DNA from: Candidatus Omnitrophota bacterium
Lineage (GTDB): Bacteria > Omnitrophota > Gorgyraeia > Gygaellales > Profunditerraquicolaceae
Reading direction: 5' to 3'
Length of the DNA stretch: 55,654 nucleotides
Assembly: GCA_026387405.1 (NCBI GenBank)
Contig: JAPLLV010000054.1
Span: forward strand, 1 to 55,654
Part shown: positions 17,598 through 29,575 of the stretch, one piece after another
Numbering within the stretch: position 1 is the stretch's first letter
Layout of the letters: each line of letters begins with the position of its first letter
Translations under genes and position numbers: made by a program
The notes under the pieces: model-generated
Database searches by the model: none
Seen by the model: only the letters and a program-made list of their open reading frames with translations
Told to the model about the DNA's origin: nothing

Positions 17598-19181
17598 TTA
17601 CTGGTGCACCCGGTAATCGATCTCCGGGAATATATTATCCTTGTATTCTATATCTTTGAGCCAGGGTTCATCTATATTGTTGGACTTGATCTGCTCATAG
17701 AGGTTGGTAAATCTTAGAAGGTGTTCCTTGGTGCGCCTGACTGCGTACTCCGTGTGCGTGCCGGTGCCCATAATGAATCCCCAGTCCGAGCTCTGCGCCA
17801 ACAACAGTTCCCGCAGGGCCTGGTTAAGCGCGCGTTTGACTATGCCGTTTGTCGTGCCGTTGCGGGAAAAATCCTTTGCCAGTTCTGTCATGCGCTCCGA
17901 GGCCTTATGCAGGTGCCTGTAGACCCAGTCATTGGGCCCTTGCAGCCACATCTCGCTGTAACCCTTCCAGCCCCAGCTGGACATCGAAGGCGTCACCACC
18001 TGATTACGCGGGTTCTCGTAAAGATATTCAGAAGGCGTGATCAGGCGGATCGTATCCTGGTCAAAGTGGATCTTGCGGATCAGGAATTCAAGCCACATCG
18101 GCCCCTCGTACCACCAGTGCCCGAGCAGCTCCGCGTCGTAAGGAGAGATGATTATAGGTTTTTTCTGCATGAAGTCATGCAGATATTCAACCTGCCTCTG
18201 GCGGTTGAACATAAAATTTCCCGCGTGCTCCGCGGCCTTCTCCTGGGCAAGGTGCGGGACGTAGGCCTGCTTGTTGTCGCTTCCGGTGATACGGTAATAT
18301 TTTATCCCGGTATTTATCCTGACGCCGTCGGGATGTATGTAAGGGCGGATGTATTCGTAGTCCAGGTCGAATCCGATATCGCGGTAAAACTCGCGGTACT
18401 GGTAATCCCCCGGATAACCCTCGATAGAAGACCATACCTGCTTTGACGATTCCAGGTCCCTTGCGAAACAGGCCACTCCCGATTTGCAATAGACGGGGGC
18501 GAATACCCCGTATTTCGGGCGGGGCACCCCGTGCAAGATGCCGTGGGCGTCGCTAAAAAAATATTTTAAACCCGCCTCTTTTAATATCTCGTCGTCCCCG
18601 GGGTTATAACCGCACTCGGGAAGCCATATACCCTGGGGTTTTCTCCCCAAGAGGCGCTCATAGTGGCTCACCGCGACTTTTACCTGGGCCCTTACCGACG
18701 GCTTGACCACGTCCATAAGGGGGAGGAACCCGTGGGTGGCCCCGCAGGTGATTATTTCTAATTTTCCGGAGTCCTGAAAACCCTTGAAGGCATTTACCAG
18801 GTTATGGCCGTATTTTTCGAAGGTATTACGGCATTCGTAAAAGCGGACCAGATACACACTGGCCAGATGATTGAACTCCGGCTGCCAGCGCGTCCTCTCC
18901 ACTTCCTTGTGGGCCAGCTCTATGAGCCTGTTTATATGCTTTAAATACCGCTCCTGGAGAAGCCCGTCGGAGAGCATCGACAATAGCGTCGGGGACAAGG
19001 TCAGGGTCAGGCGGAAATCCACCTTATCGTGAGCGAGCCTCTCCATAACATGGATGAGAGGTATATACGTCTCGGTGATCGCCTCGTATAACCAGTCCTC
19101 CTCGAGGAAATCCTCATACTCGGGGTGCCTGACATAAGGAAGATGCCCGTGCAACACTATGCTCAGATAACCTTTATTCAT
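17598..19181 (-). CDS. GH57 glycoside hydrolase / 1,4-alpha-glucan branching enzyme (DUF1957 type)
   Basis: VLHGHLPYV, ETYIPL, CGATHGFLP, GIWLPEC, PYDAELLGHWWYEG, ELLLAQSSDW. Confidence 0.93.
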   Translation of the reverse strand: MNKGYLSIVLHGHLPYVRHPEYEDFLEEDWLYEAITETYIPLIHVMERLAHDKVDFRLTLTLSPTLLSMLSDGLLQERYLKHINRLIELAHKEVERTRWQPEFNHLASVYLVRFYECRNTFEKYGHNLVNAFKGFQDSGKLEIITCGATHGFLPLMDVVKPSVRAQVKVAVSHYERLLGRKPQGIWLPECGYNPGDDEILKEAGLKYFFSDAHGILHGVPRPKYGVFAPVYCKSGVACFARDLESSKQVWSSIEGYPGDYQYREFYRDIGFDLDYEYIRPYIHPDGVRINTGIKYYRITGSDNKQAYVPHLAQEKAAEHAGNFMFNRQRQVEYLHDFMQKKPIIISPYDAELLGHWWYEGPMWLEFLIRKIHFDQDTIRLITPSEYLYENPRNQVVTPSMSSWGWKGYSEMWLQGPNDWVYRHLHKASERMTELAKDFSRNGTTNGIVKRALNQALRELLLAQSSDWGFIMGTGTHTEYAVRRTKEHLLRFTNLYEQIKSNNIDEPWLKDIEYKDNIFPEIDYRVHQ

Positions 19182-19182
19182 A

Positions 19183-19258
19183 TTGGTTAATTAGTTAATT
19201 GGTTAGTGGTTAATTGGTTAGTGGTTAATTGGGGCTACTCACCACTCACCAATTAACC
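19183..19258. repeat. TGGTTAG/TGGTTAAT arrays with inverted ACCA/TTAACC arm
   Basis: Direct reading; ends 1 nt from the GH57 ATG. Confidence 0.88.
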
Positions 19259-19275
19259 GTTCACCTATGGGTTTG

Positions 19276-20283
19276 CTATTTGGTTTCCTTGGTTACTACG
19301 GGTGTGATGGTACGCGTTTCTATTTTATCGGCAGAAGTCGCCTCAACCGGGATTACCTGCTTTCCGTCAGGGAGGGCAAAACGCAAGGTGAATGTCCCGT
19401 CCGATCTTAATTTTATCTCCCTGCCCTGCACCGTAACGGAGGCATCCGGTTCTGTGGCGCCATATACGATAAGTTCGGTATTTACCACCAGCCAGAACTG
19501 CCTGGGTTTAGGAATTTTTTTTGCCGGGCTGCTCATCGAAGCCATGCCCGGAGAAGCCAGGACTCCGGAAAAAAGCGCGCGGCGCATCCTCTCCTGCCAG
19601 ACCTTGCCAACGGGTGAGCTGCGGCCAAATCCAAAACCCATTCCATAAAGCCGGGCGAACATTTCATCGGGGATCATCCACTCTTCATCCGTGATCCAGG
19701 AGGGGCCTTCAAGCGGGGTATAGACGGTATTGGAACGGCTGATCACTATAAATTTACCCGAGGCAAGACGCAGGCCTATCTCCACGCACCAGGACCTGCC
19801 GGGGCCGACATTATCTATATACCAACTGGTAGAGTCAAAACCTACCTCGATATCAAAATACCGGTGCGCGTTCTTCCCATCAAAGGCGATATGACTGACA
19901 TCATAAACCCTTAAGACCACTTTTGCGCTATGAAAACTATCCCCCAGTTCGCGCTGTAACCTATCCCGGGTCCCGCCTGATATCTCCCAATACGAATGCA
20001 GCCACCAGGGGTCCCTCACCTGGAGGACTACCCTGTCCTGGCCGTAACCCGCAGGCAACTCCTGGATAACCCTGGGAATTCCCCTAGGCACAGGCGCAGG
20101 CGTAGAAAACTTGGTCTTACCCACGGCTAGCTCCTGTGTCCCCAAGACGGTATCTTTTTTTCCCAACCGGGAGACTGCCCCTCTTCTGATCTTAAGAGGC
20201 GCGGCTTGCGCGATCTTCTTTTGCTTCTTCTGCCTTGGTATTATCTTTTTTAAACGGTCCTTGATCTTACGCAATAATACCAT
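19276..20283 (-). CDS. DUF4912 domain protein
   Basis: LQVRDPWWLHSYWE, LRVYDV, SRSNTVYTP, ELIVYGATEPDA, FRFALPDG-like C-terminus; usual GH57 neighbour; start set at MVLLRK. Confidence 0.88.
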   Translation of the reverse strand: MVLLRKIKDRLKKIIPRQKKQKKIAQAAPLKIRRGAVSRLGKKDTVLGTQELAVGKTKFSTPAPVPRGIPRVIQELPAGYGQDRVVLQVRDPWWLHSYWEISGGTRDRLQRELGDSFHSAKVVLRVYDVSHIAFDGKNAHRYFDIEVGFDSTSWYIDNVGPGRSWCVEIGLRLASGKFIVISRSNTVYTPLEGPSWITDEEWMIPDEMFARLYGMGFGFGRSSPVGKVWQERMRRALFSGVLASPGMASMSSPAKKIPKPRQFWLVVNTELIVYGATEPDASVTVQGREIKLRSDGTFTLRFALPDGKQVIPVEATSADKIETRTITPVVTKETK

Positions 20284-20460
20284 CTTTCTACCTCCCTGCC
20301 CAGAAAGGGCGCACCCGCGCAAATCCTATTAGCGCGGGGTGTCTCTTGCCTGTGCGAATAAAAAAAAGGGATAAACATCCCTTTCGTGCGATTACTATCG
20401 CCCCCGTTCCTCTTTCTTTATTTCATCTGGTTTTCGCCTTTAAAGTTCTAAATTATATCT

Positions 20461-20491
20461 ACCCCGTTAGAGAACTCCGTTTTCTAACGGG
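20461..20491. repeat. CCCCGTTAGA...TCTAACGGG palindrome
   Basis: Direct inverted repeat. Confidence 0.8.
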
Positions 20492-20514
20492 ACTTACTGA
20501 CTTGTGGCGGTTCT

Positions 20515-20877
20515 TTATTTTTTTGCCGGTTGCGCGCCTTTAAGACTCTCCTCCAAGGCCTGTTTCTCTTTATTCGCTTTATCCAATTCCTCTTTCAAAC
20601 CCTGCCTTAACTGCTGCTCCTCTGTCAGGGCCTTCTCGGCCTGCTCGCGCGCGCCTTTCTGGGCTTCCAGCTCTTTTTTTAGTTTATCCCCTTCGTTGGC
20701 TTTATCGCGGTTGATCTTATCTAATTTCTCTTCCAGGTCCAACCTTTTGCCCATCTCTTTATCGTGCAATTTCTTTTGCATATATGAGTCACCGCAGGAT
20801 TTAACCATGCCCAAGAGAAACAGGACGCACAGTATTGACAAAACCAGAATAATTCTATTTTTATTAACTAATTCCAT
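20515..20877 (-). CDS. Hypothetical protein, N-terminal membrane anchor plus coiled coil
   Basis: Hydrophobic residues 8-24 followed by E/K-rich heptads; SD GGAG upstream. Confidence 0.8.
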   Translation of the reverse strand: MELVNKNRIILVLSILCVLFLLGMVKSCGDSYMQKKLHDKEMGKRLDLEEKLDKINRDKANEGDKLKKELEAQKGAREQAEKALTEEQQLRQGLKEELDKANKEKQALEESLKGAQPAKK

Positions 20878-20904
20878 GGGAGAGCGCTCCTCCGCCGTTT
20901 ACCT

Positions 20905-21576
20905 TTATTTAAGATTCTCTGCGGGTTCCTTGAGCTCTATTTTTTGTTTCTTGGCCTTTTTGGCTTGCTTGGCCTCGTTGACTTTTGTGTATTTGGGCAA
21001 GATCACAATCTCAACGCGGCGGTTCTGATGACGGCCTTCAACCGTCTCGTTTGAGGCTACCGGTTGATGCTCGCCGTATCCGGCCGCGGAAACGCGTTCG
21101 GGAGAAATATCTTTTTTATCCACCAAATAATGCAGGACGCTTAAGGCCCGCGCAGTGGAAAGTTCCCAGTTAGATTTCCATCCAGAAAACTTGATCGGCT
21201 GATTATCGGTATGCCCCTCTATGCCGATACTTAGGTCCGGGACATTCTGTTCTAAGACTGATGCGACTTTGTCCAGGGTAGCGTGGGATTCCGGTTTTAT
21301 CGTGGCCTTGCCGGAATCAAACAGGACATCCGCTACAAAGGTAATGACTAGGCCTTTCTCCATCATCTTCAGGCTAACCTCTTTGTCCTGAATCTCCTGG
21401 CTTAGCTTACCCTCCAGGAGCTTCTTGGCCTGGTTCAATTCATCCAGCTGCGCAGAAAGCTCTTCGATCTTCTCCGAATCCGAGCGCCTTCCGGACTGAA
21501 AAATAAAGGTGCAGCCGGTAAAACTTAGGGCCAAAATTACTATTAATCCGTAATACAGGCTTTTCAGTTTCATCAC
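20905..21576 (-). CDS. OmpA/MotB-family peptidoglycan-binding lipoprotein
   Basis: Lipobox FTGC; VLFDSGKA, IEGHTDNQPI, NWELSTARA, GYGEHQP, NRRVEI. Confidence 0.92.
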   Translation of the reverse strand: MMKLKSLYYGLIVILALSFTGCTFIFQSGRRSDSEKIEELSAQLDELNQAKKLLEGKLSQEIQDKEVSLKMMEKGLVITFVADVLFDSGKATIKPESHATLDKVASVLEQNVPDLSIGIEGHTDNQPIKFSGWKSNWELSTARALSVLHYLVDKKDISPERVSAAGYGEHQPVASNETVEGRHQNRRVEIVILPKYTKVNEAKQAKKAKKQKIELKEPAENLK

Positions 21577-21617
21577 TACCTCCTATTGTCTTTGGGATTT
21601 ATTTTAACTGAGATTTA

Positions 21618-21646
21618 ACTATAACATAATCAATAACTTTAGTCAA
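21618..21646 (-). promoter_or_regulatory. Sigma70-type promoter upstream of the OmpA/MotB gene
   Basis: TTGACT-17 nt-TATAGT on the minus strand, about 40 nt upstream of the ATG. Confidence 0.7.
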
Positions 21647-21678
21647 GAAAAATCTGCCCCTTGGCAGATTTTTCTTGA
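21643..21678. terminator. Intrinsic (possibly bidirectional) terminator after purA
   Basis: 16-bp perfect stem TCAAGAAAAATCTGCC/GGCAGATTTTTCTTGA with a 4-nt loop; overlaps the -35 box. Confidence 0.7.
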
Positions 21679-21743
21679 TCCTGAGGAGCCATTTTATGTA
21701 ACCTATTGTGGCGACGAAGGATCTTATTTGGGGGACCTAAAAA

Positions 21744-23076
<1,333 letters not shown>

Positions 23077-23077
<1 letters not shown>

Positions 23078-24312
23078 CATGGATTCATGGTGAATATCTT
23101 CTCGGCAATATCGGGATGCTTGGCGATAAACTTCAATTCATCGTCCACAAGCGGCTTTTGATTATGCACATTGGCATAACGCACCAGTTCCAATACGCGG
23201 GAGGCATCCTGATCATCTTTAAAGGCGATCTCCAGCTTATCATACACGTTCCTGAAACCCTTGATCCCGGAATATTCCCCGGCGGTGATCTTGCGGCCGG
23301 TCTCGATGATCTCCGGTTCCCCGCGGCCAAGCTCCTCAAAATCGTAGAGCTCGTAATTACGCCTGTCTTTCAAGGCCCCGTCGGCATGGATGCCGGATTC
23401 ATGCGCAAAGGCATTCGCGCCTATGCCGGGTTGATTGATAGGTATGGGAACCCCAAAGGCATAAGAGGCGTATTTGCAGACCTTCCAGGCCGTCTTAAGG
23501 TTGATCCGTTCATCAAGGGAATAATCCTGCATGCCGTTTCCGTACTTGATAGCCAGGATCACGCTCACCAGGTCCGCGTTTCCCGCGCGCTCCCCCATGC
23601 CGTTCACGCAGGTGTTTATAAAGGCGTCCACCCCGCTGTCTAATGCCGCCCTTGCCCCGGCAATGGAATTTGCCACCACCAGCCCCAGGTCATTATGGCA
23701 ATGTATTTCGATAGGCATATGGGCGGCCTCGCTCAAAAGTTTTATCCGTTCGTAGATACTAAAAGGGGTATCGCAGCCCAGGGTATCGCAATAACGGATG
23801 CGGTCTGCGCCGGCTTCTTTTGCCGCCAGGGAAAACTCGATCAAATAATCCATCTTGGTGCGCGAGGCATCCTCCGCATTCACGCCCAGGGCCTCTGCGC
23901 CGTGTTTTTTTGCCTCATGCACCGCGTCGGCCATCTCATGGATGACCGAGGCATGATCAAGTTTACCCTTAAACTTATGCACGATCATCTGATCGGAAGT
24001 AGAAATGGATAAATTAAGGTATTTTATCTTGGGGACCAATTTAAAGGCGGCGCGCACGTCTTCTTTAGTGGCCCTTATCCAACCACTTAGGCGTATAGGA
24101 GATAAAACCTTGTGCTCCGACAATTCCAGATTGGCGTTTAAGTAATTGGTCTCGTGGCGCGTCACGGGAAAACCAAACTCTGACTGGAATACGCCCATCT
24201 CGTTAGAATAGAGGTTGATCATCGTCTTTTCAAGCTTGGAAAGACAGATACGCGAGGTCTGCACGCCGTCGCGGTTGGTCACGTCGATAATATAAATTTT
24301 AGGTTTTGACAT
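23077..24312 (-). CDS. Homocitrate/isopropylmalate/Re-citrate synthase family (HMGL-like) enzyme
   Basis: DVTNRDGVQ, NAEDASR, YCDTLG, HCHNDLG, GMGERAGNA, AFAHESGIHADG; substrate cannot be decided from sequence; start set at MSKPK (SD GGAG). Confidence 0.85.
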
Positions 24313-24347
24313 CTTTATCTCCCGTATAATATTTGAAGAGTGTTTAA

Positions 24348-24443
24348 TCACCAATAACCAAGATACAATAACCAAACCTGTTTGGAATTTGGTGTTTGGG
24401 TATTGGTTATTGTTTGGTTTTTGGAAATTGGTAATTGGTTATT
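24348..24443. repeat. Inverted degenerate heptamer arrays (ACCAATA / TTGGTTA)
   Basis: Direct reading; follows the upstream stop codon. Confidence 0.85.
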
Positions 24444-24444
24444 T

Positions 24445-26220
24445 TTACTTTTTTAGTATCTTCTTCAGCTCCGCCTTCGACGGAGTACCCTTGGTTGAGA
24501 ATATCTCCTGGTTATCCAGGAGATAGGTCGGGCCGAACATAACCTCGAGTTCCCTTCCAAGCGCAATATTCTGCCGCAGGAGCCTCTTGCCCTCTTCGGA
24601 ACGGGCGCAACCCCTTATCTTCTCGGAGTTATAATTCCCCAGACAATCCTCCCACCAGGAACTGTCGGCGTTCTGGCTGCGGCAGGAGATATAATCCCAG
24701 AATATCTGGGGATAATATTCCTTGACGCAGCAGGCGCGCAGGTCTTCCTCAGCTTCCATCCGGCCGTTCTTGGCGTCAAACCCCTTATTGGTCTCCGTGG
24801 CCAGAAAATGTACCTGCGGCTTAGAATCTTTTATTGCATCAAGGAGCAAAGCGGCATCCTTATCATGCATGCTAAAAAAAAGATCGATCCTTCCGGGGAT
24901 CCTATTCCTGCTCAAGAAAAAGGTCACCCCGGTGAACTGCGGGCGCATCAGGTATACGTCATCTTCCAGCACGAGGTACTGCTTTATTCCTTCAAAAGCC
25001 TTCTCCTGATCTATTTTCTTATCCACTATATAAGCCGGTATCGCCTGAATGCGGAATCTTTTAATTAACCCCCTGGCTTCTTTATCCTTATAATCAAGAT
25101 AGCTGACTACCAGCCCCGGGACTTTATTTTTTAAATAATTGACTACGCTTTCGGTATCCACGAACCGGGAGGATTTCGTGGTTATCACCCGCAGGTTCAC
25201 GTTTGCCGGCTGCGTAAAAACACAGGCAGCCCGCATGGTTGCCGGATTCCGGCAGACCGCCACAAAGCCTTTCTTACTGCAGTCGCCATCCGAAAAACAG
25301 GCCGGCACTACCCCTGCTACGTCCGGGTCATTAGCCACCTGATCAGAAAGGCGGATATTCTCCAGTTTGTAATCCTGTATATGCTGCTTGGCGATCTTTA
25401 AAGTCAATTTACCAAGCTTTCTGCCTTGCCAGATGCCTGCCACTGTTATCGCAGGGCCCAACTTTAAAGCAGATTCATCTTTACGGCTATATCCGCAGAT
25501 CAAGACATCTATGCCCGGAACGGATTTTATGAGGTCGGCGTCAGCGGTCTCGCCTAAACGGCTTAAAAGAATTATCAGATTTACCCCGCGCTTGCGTAAT
25601 TGCGCAACCTGCCCGGAAAGCGCGGCCTTAAGTTCCGTAAATTTAAGCCCCTCGGCCTTGGCCTGCGCCTGCGGCTCGGTTATCGCTATTATTCCTACCT
25701 TAAGCCCGGAAACCTCTTTAACGATATAAGGCTTAAAGGCGCTTGCCGAAACATTACAGGTAAGAAAGGGAAAATTCCTTTTTTGAGCAACTGCTTCAAG
25801 AAAGGCCCTGCCGAAGTTAAACTCTTCCCCGGTTACCGAAACCGCATCATAGCCCATGAGGTCCATTGCTCTAAGGACCACCTCTGTGCGCTCTTTATCC
25901 AACTCGGAGTTCAGGCTGTATTCATCCATGACGCCGCCGGCAAAAAAACCGCCGGCATCCAACAGGAGCGTATCCGGATTATCCTTTTTCAAACGTTTTA
26001 TAAGAGCTGCCCTGCGGGCGAGCCCCCCATCCGGTTCGATCGGACAGTGACAGGGATAAAGCGCTGCGTGGGTATCGCCGGTATAAAGGATCGTAATGTC
26101 TTTGGCATAGGCATTACCAATAAAAACCAAGGCCGCCAAAAAAAAGAACACAACCATCTGCCGCAGACGGCAACGCATATCGCATATCGCATATCGCATA
26201 TCGCAAAACACCTTTATCAT
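24445..26220 (-). CDS. Exported 5'-nucleotidase/UshA-like metallophosphoesterase-fold protein with CxC motif and Cys-rich thioredoxin/GILT-like C-terminus
   Basis: TGDTH, PCHCPIEPDGGLARRA, LLDAGGFF; canonical GNHE replaced by TGEEF; ATGA overlap with the serA stop. Confidence 0.75.
   Translation of the reverse strand: MIKVFCDMRYAICDMRCRLRQMVVFFFLAALVFIGNAYAKDITILYTGDTHAALYPCHCPIEPDGGLARRAALIKRLKKDNPDTLLLDAGGFFAGGVMDEYSLNSELDKERTEVVLRAMDLMGYDAVSVTGEEFNFGRAFLEAVAQKRNFPFLTCNVSASAFKPYIVKEVSGLKVGIIAITEPQAQAKAEGLKFTELKAALSGQVAQLRKRGVNLIILLSRLGETADADLIKSVPGIDVLICGYSRKDESALKLGPAITVAGIWQGRKLGKLTLKIAKQHIQDYKLENIRLSDQVANDPDVAGVVPACFSDGDCSKKGFVAVCRNPATMRAACVFTQPANVNLRVITTKSSRFVDTESVVNYLKNKVPGLVVSYLDYKDKEARGLIKRFRIQAIPAYIVDKKIDQEKAFEGIKQYLVLEDDVYLMRPQFTGVTFFLSRNRIPGRIDLFFSMHDKDAALLLDAIKDSKPQVHFLATETNKGFDAKNGRMEAEEDLRACCVKEYYPQIFWDYISCRSQNADSSWWEDCLGNYNSEKIRGCARSEEGKRLLRQNIALGRELEVMFGPTYLLDNQEIFSTKGTPSKAELKKILKK
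26174..26205. repeat. Heptamer tandem (CGCATAT)x4.5 in the 5' coding region
   Basis: Encodes CDMRYAICDMR. Confidence 0.9.
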
Positions 26221-27803
26221 GCCCTGATCACCCTCGCCTCGAGCACGTTCTCTATTTTCTTTATCTTGGCCAGCATGTCGGCCGTGATCGGGCTATCCAC
26301 GGTCAATATGCTGATGGCCTGGCCTCCGGCCTGCGTCCGGCCAAAGGTCATGGCAGCTATGTTGATGTTATTCTTGCTGAAGAACATACCCAGGCTTCCT
26401 ATAAGCCCGGGCTTATCATTGTTCTTGATCACCAGCATCTCGCCGAAAAGCGAAACCTCCACATAATAGTTATCTATCTTGACCACCCTGGGCTGTTTAT
26501 TCGCGGAGAGCGTCCCCGAAACAATACGCGTTTCTTTGTCTGTCTTTATTTGCACCTGGACCAGATTCATGAATTCTTCTTCCTTGGAAGATTTAGACTC
26601 TTTGATATTGATGCCTCGCTGCCTGGCCAGGGAGACGGCATTGATAAAATTAACAGTTTCTTTTAAGGCAGGAGAAAGCAACCCCTTAACCAGGGCCATG
26701 GTCAGGGCGCTCAGGTCGTATTTAGTTATCTCTCCGCTATATGTAATACTTAATTCTTGAAAACCGCCGTCCGCCAATTGACTGACGAACTTACCCATTT
26801 TATCGCATAAATTTATGTAAGGCTCTAATAGCCGGCACACCTCTGCCTCAAGACAGGGGTAATTTGCCGCGTTACGGATACCGCGCCCCAAGAGGCAGTC
26901 GCGGATGATCTCCGCCACCTCAACGGCCACATTCACCTGGGCCTCTTCGGTAGAAGCGCCCAGATGCGGGGTAATGACCACATTGTCCAATTTCAAGAGC
27001 TCGCTCTCAGGGGCAAGCGGCTCCTTCTCAAATACATCCATGGCCGCGCCGGCGACCTTACCTTCTTTGATCGCGTTGATAAGTGCCGCCTCATCAATGA
27101 TACCGCCGCGGGCGCAATTTATCAGGCGCACGCCCTTCTTCATCAGCGCGAACTCATTGACAGAAATCATATGTTTTGTCTCATCGGTAAGCGGGGTATG
27201 CACCGTGATATAATCGGCCTGGTTGAACAGGTCCTTTAATTCTATTGCCTCGATACCCAGGTTCTCTGCCGCCTCCCGGGATAAAAACGGGTCAAACGCC
27301 AATACCTTCATGCCAAAAGACGCGGCGCGCTTGGCTACCTCTGTGCCGATGCGGCCCAATCCCACTATACCCAGGGTCTTTCCATACAGCTCAACCCCCA
27401 TGAATTTAGAACGTTTCCACTCGCCTTTTTTCGTGGAGGCATTGGCCTGGGCGATATTACGCGAAAGCGCCAGGATCATGCTCATAGTATGCTCGGCGGT
27501 AGAAATGGTATTTCCTGCGGGAGTATTCATGACTATGATGCCTTTTTGCGTGGCGGCTTCAAGGTCCACGTTATCCAACCCCACCCCCGCCCTGCCGATG
27601 GCCTTGAGCTTGGACGCGGATTCTATGATGTCTTTGGTGACCTTGGTCGCGCTCCTGACGATAAGCGCGTCGTAATCCTTGATGATCTCCTTGAGCGCGT
27701 CCGGCTTTAAATCGGTCTTTACGTCTACCTCGAATTCCTTTACCTCTTTAAGGATCTTTAACCCCTCTTCGGACAGGGGATCGCTGACGAGTATCCTGCT
27801 CAT
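26217..27803 (-). CDS. serA: D-3-phosphoglycerate dehydrogenase
   Basis: GRAGVGLDNVD, GIVGLGRIG, NCARGG, TPHLGASTEEAQ, ASB and ACT domains. Confidence 0.98.
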   Translation of the reverse strand: MSRILVSDPLSEEGLKILKEVKEFEVDVKTDLKPDALKEIIKDYDALIVRSATKVTKDIIESASKLKAIGRAGVGLDNVDLEAATQKGIIVMNTPAGNTISTAEHTMSMILALSRNIAQANASTKKGEWKRSKFMGVELYGKTLGIVGLGRIGTEVAKRAASFGMKVLAFDPFLSREAAENLGIEAIELKDLFNQADYITVHTPLTDETKHMISVNEFALMKKGVRLINCARGGIIDEAALINAIKEGKVAGAAMDVFEKEPLAPESELLKLDNVVITPHLGASTEEAQVNVAVEVAEIIRDCLLGRGIRNAANYPCLEAEVCRLLEPYINLCDKMGKFVSQLADGGFQELSITYSGEITKYDLSALTMALVKGLLSPALKETVNFINAVSLARQRGINIKESKSSKEEEFMNLVQVQIKTDKETRIVSGTLSANKQPRVVKIDNYYVEVSLFGEMLVIKNNDKPGLIGSLGMFFSKNNINIAAMTFGRTQAGGQAISILTVDSPITADMLAKIKKIENVLEARVIRA

Positions 27804-28936
27804 TTAAAAAACACCTCCTCTGCGGCCTTAACGCCTGCGCCCAGCTCGAATTTATACCCCATCTGTTTAAGGACCTTTTCCAGACACGATATCCCGACGA
27901 TAATATCAAATTCCTCTATGTATCCCATATGGGCAAAGCGAAAGACCTTGCCCTTTAACTCTGCCTGGCCTCCGGCAATGGTTACCCGATAGGTATCGCG
28001 CATAGTCTTGACCAGTTTTTCTCCGTCTATGCCGGCCGGGACTTTTACTGCCGTGACCACGTCCGAGGCCGCAGTTGGAGCGAAAAGCTCAAGGCCCAGG
28101 TCCTTCATCGCGCACCTGGTGGCATCGGCCATTTTGCGATGACGGGCAAATACATTCTCTAAACCATCCTGCTTCATCATCTTTAAGCTCTCTGCCAGGG
28201 CAATGATCAAAGATATGGCCGGGGTATAAGGCGTGTCTGTTTTCTCCAGCGCTTTTTTGGCTGCCCTCATATCAAAATAATACCTGGGAGACCTTGCTAA
28301 CTCCACCAACTCCCAGGCCTTGGGGCTTAGGGAAATAAAGCTCAACCCCGGAGGAAGCATCAAACCCTTTTGCGAACCGGAGACGCATACATCCACCGAC
28401 CAGGCATCGGTCTTTAAATCTATGGCGCCCAGGCCGCTTATGGCATCAACCACCAGCACAGCTCCGGTTCCCTTTACCACCGTCCCGATGGCCTGGATAT
28501 CATTGGTCACGCCGGTAGAGGTTTCGCAAAGAGTGGTGAATACCGCCTTGATCTTAGGATTATTTTTTATTCTTTTTTCTATCTCTTTAGGATCAACCGC
28601 CTTACCCCACTCTACCTTAATAACTTCCGCGGTTACACAGTAGGCCTGGCAGATCTCGGTCCAACGCTCCCCGAATTTTCCTGCCTCAACGGTGATAACG
28701 GTATCTCCGGGAGAAAGAAGGTTCACCACTGCCGCTTCCATGGCCCCGGTCCCTGATGAAGCCAGGATATATACGTCAGAGGCGGTCTGGAATACGTATT
28801 TTAAACCTTCGCTTACCTCTTTGATCACCGCCTGGAATTGCGGGGTGAGGTGATGGATGATCGGTTTTGCCTCTTCCTGCGAAACCTGCGGCGGGATAGG
28901 CGTAGGGCCTGGGGTTAATAAATAACTCTTACGCAT
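27800..28936 (-). CDS. Class V PLP aminotransferase (serine-pyruvate/phosphoserine type)
   Basis: LLTPGPTP, SSGTGAMEA, ETSTGV, VDAISG, SGSQKGLMLPPG; coupled to serA. Confidence 0.93.
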   Translation of the reverse strand: MRKSYLLTPGPTPIPPQVSQEEAKPIIHHLTPQFQAVIKEVSEGLKYVFQTASDVYILASSGTGAMEAAVVNLLSPGDTVITVEAGKFGERWTEICQAYCVTAEVIKVEWGKAVDPKEIEKRIKNNPKIKAVFTTLCETSTGVTNDIQAIGTVVKGTGAVLVVDAISGLGAIDLKTDAWSVDVCVSGSQKGLMLPPGLSFISLSPKAWELVELARSPRYYFDMRAAKKALEKTDTPYTPAISLIIALAESLKMMKQDGLENVFARHRKMADATRCAMKDLGLELFAPTAASDVVTAVKVPAGIDGEKLVKTMRDTYRVTIAGGQAELKGKVFRFAHMGYIEEFDIIVGISCLEKVLKQMGYKFELGAGVKAAEEVFFK

Positions 28937-28952
28937 AGCTTGTCTCCTTGGT

Positions 28953-29561
28953 TTATTTTTTCTGAGTAGCCTGGATTACCTCGTCGATCAAACCATACTG
29001 CCTGGCTTCTTCCGCGGACATGAAATAATCCCTGTCGGTATCCTTCTGGACCTTATCCAGGGGCTGTCCCGTATGAAGGGCCAATAACTCGTTGATCTTA
29101 TCGCGCATCTTTAAGATCTCTTTGGCCTGGCGGGAGATATCCTCCGCCTGACCCTGCACGCCTCCCCAGGGCTGATGGATCATCACCCGGGAATTAGGAA
29201 GGGCGTGGCGCTTTCCTTTGGAGCCGGCGCAGAGAAGCAGCGCCCCCATGCTGGCTGCCTGCCCCACGCAATAGGTAGCCACGTCGGGCTTGACAAAACG
29301 CATCGTGTCATAAATAGCTAACCCCGCAGTCACCGAACCGCCGGGTGAATTTATGTAGACGTTGATGTCCTTGGTAACATCTTCCATCTGCAGGAATAAA
29401 AGCTGGGCGATGATAAGATTTGCTATCATATCATCAATGGGTGTCCCGATAAAAACGATCCGGTCCTTAAGCAGGCGGGAATAGATATCGTAGGCCCGCT
29501 CATAACCCCGCGAAGTCTGCTCTATTACCATCGGTACTAAAGTCTGACCTTTAACGCTCAT
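28953..29561 (-). CDS. clpP: ATP-dependent Clp protease proteolytic subunit
   Basis: [43 protein letters not shown]. Confidence 0.98.
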   Translation of the reverse strand: MSVKGQTLVPMVIEQTSRGYERAYDIYSRLLKDRIVFIGTPIDDMIANLIIAQLLFLQMEDVTKDINVYINSPGGSVTAGLAIYDTMRFVKPDVATYCVGQAASMGALLLCAGSKGKRHALPNSRVMIHQPWGGVQGQAEDISRQAKEILKMRDKINELLALHTGQPLDKVQKDTDRDYFMSAEEARQYGLIDEVIQATQKK

Positions 29562-29575
29562 ATTTTACCTCCCTT

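Noticed and set aside
20345-20460. Possible riboswitch upstream of the DUF4912/GH57 pair
   Set aside because: Only two small hairpins; I could not match a known aptamer consensus.
26036-26062. Selenocysteine in the CxC motif
   Set aside because: Both codons are TGT (Cys) and there is no in-frame TGA.
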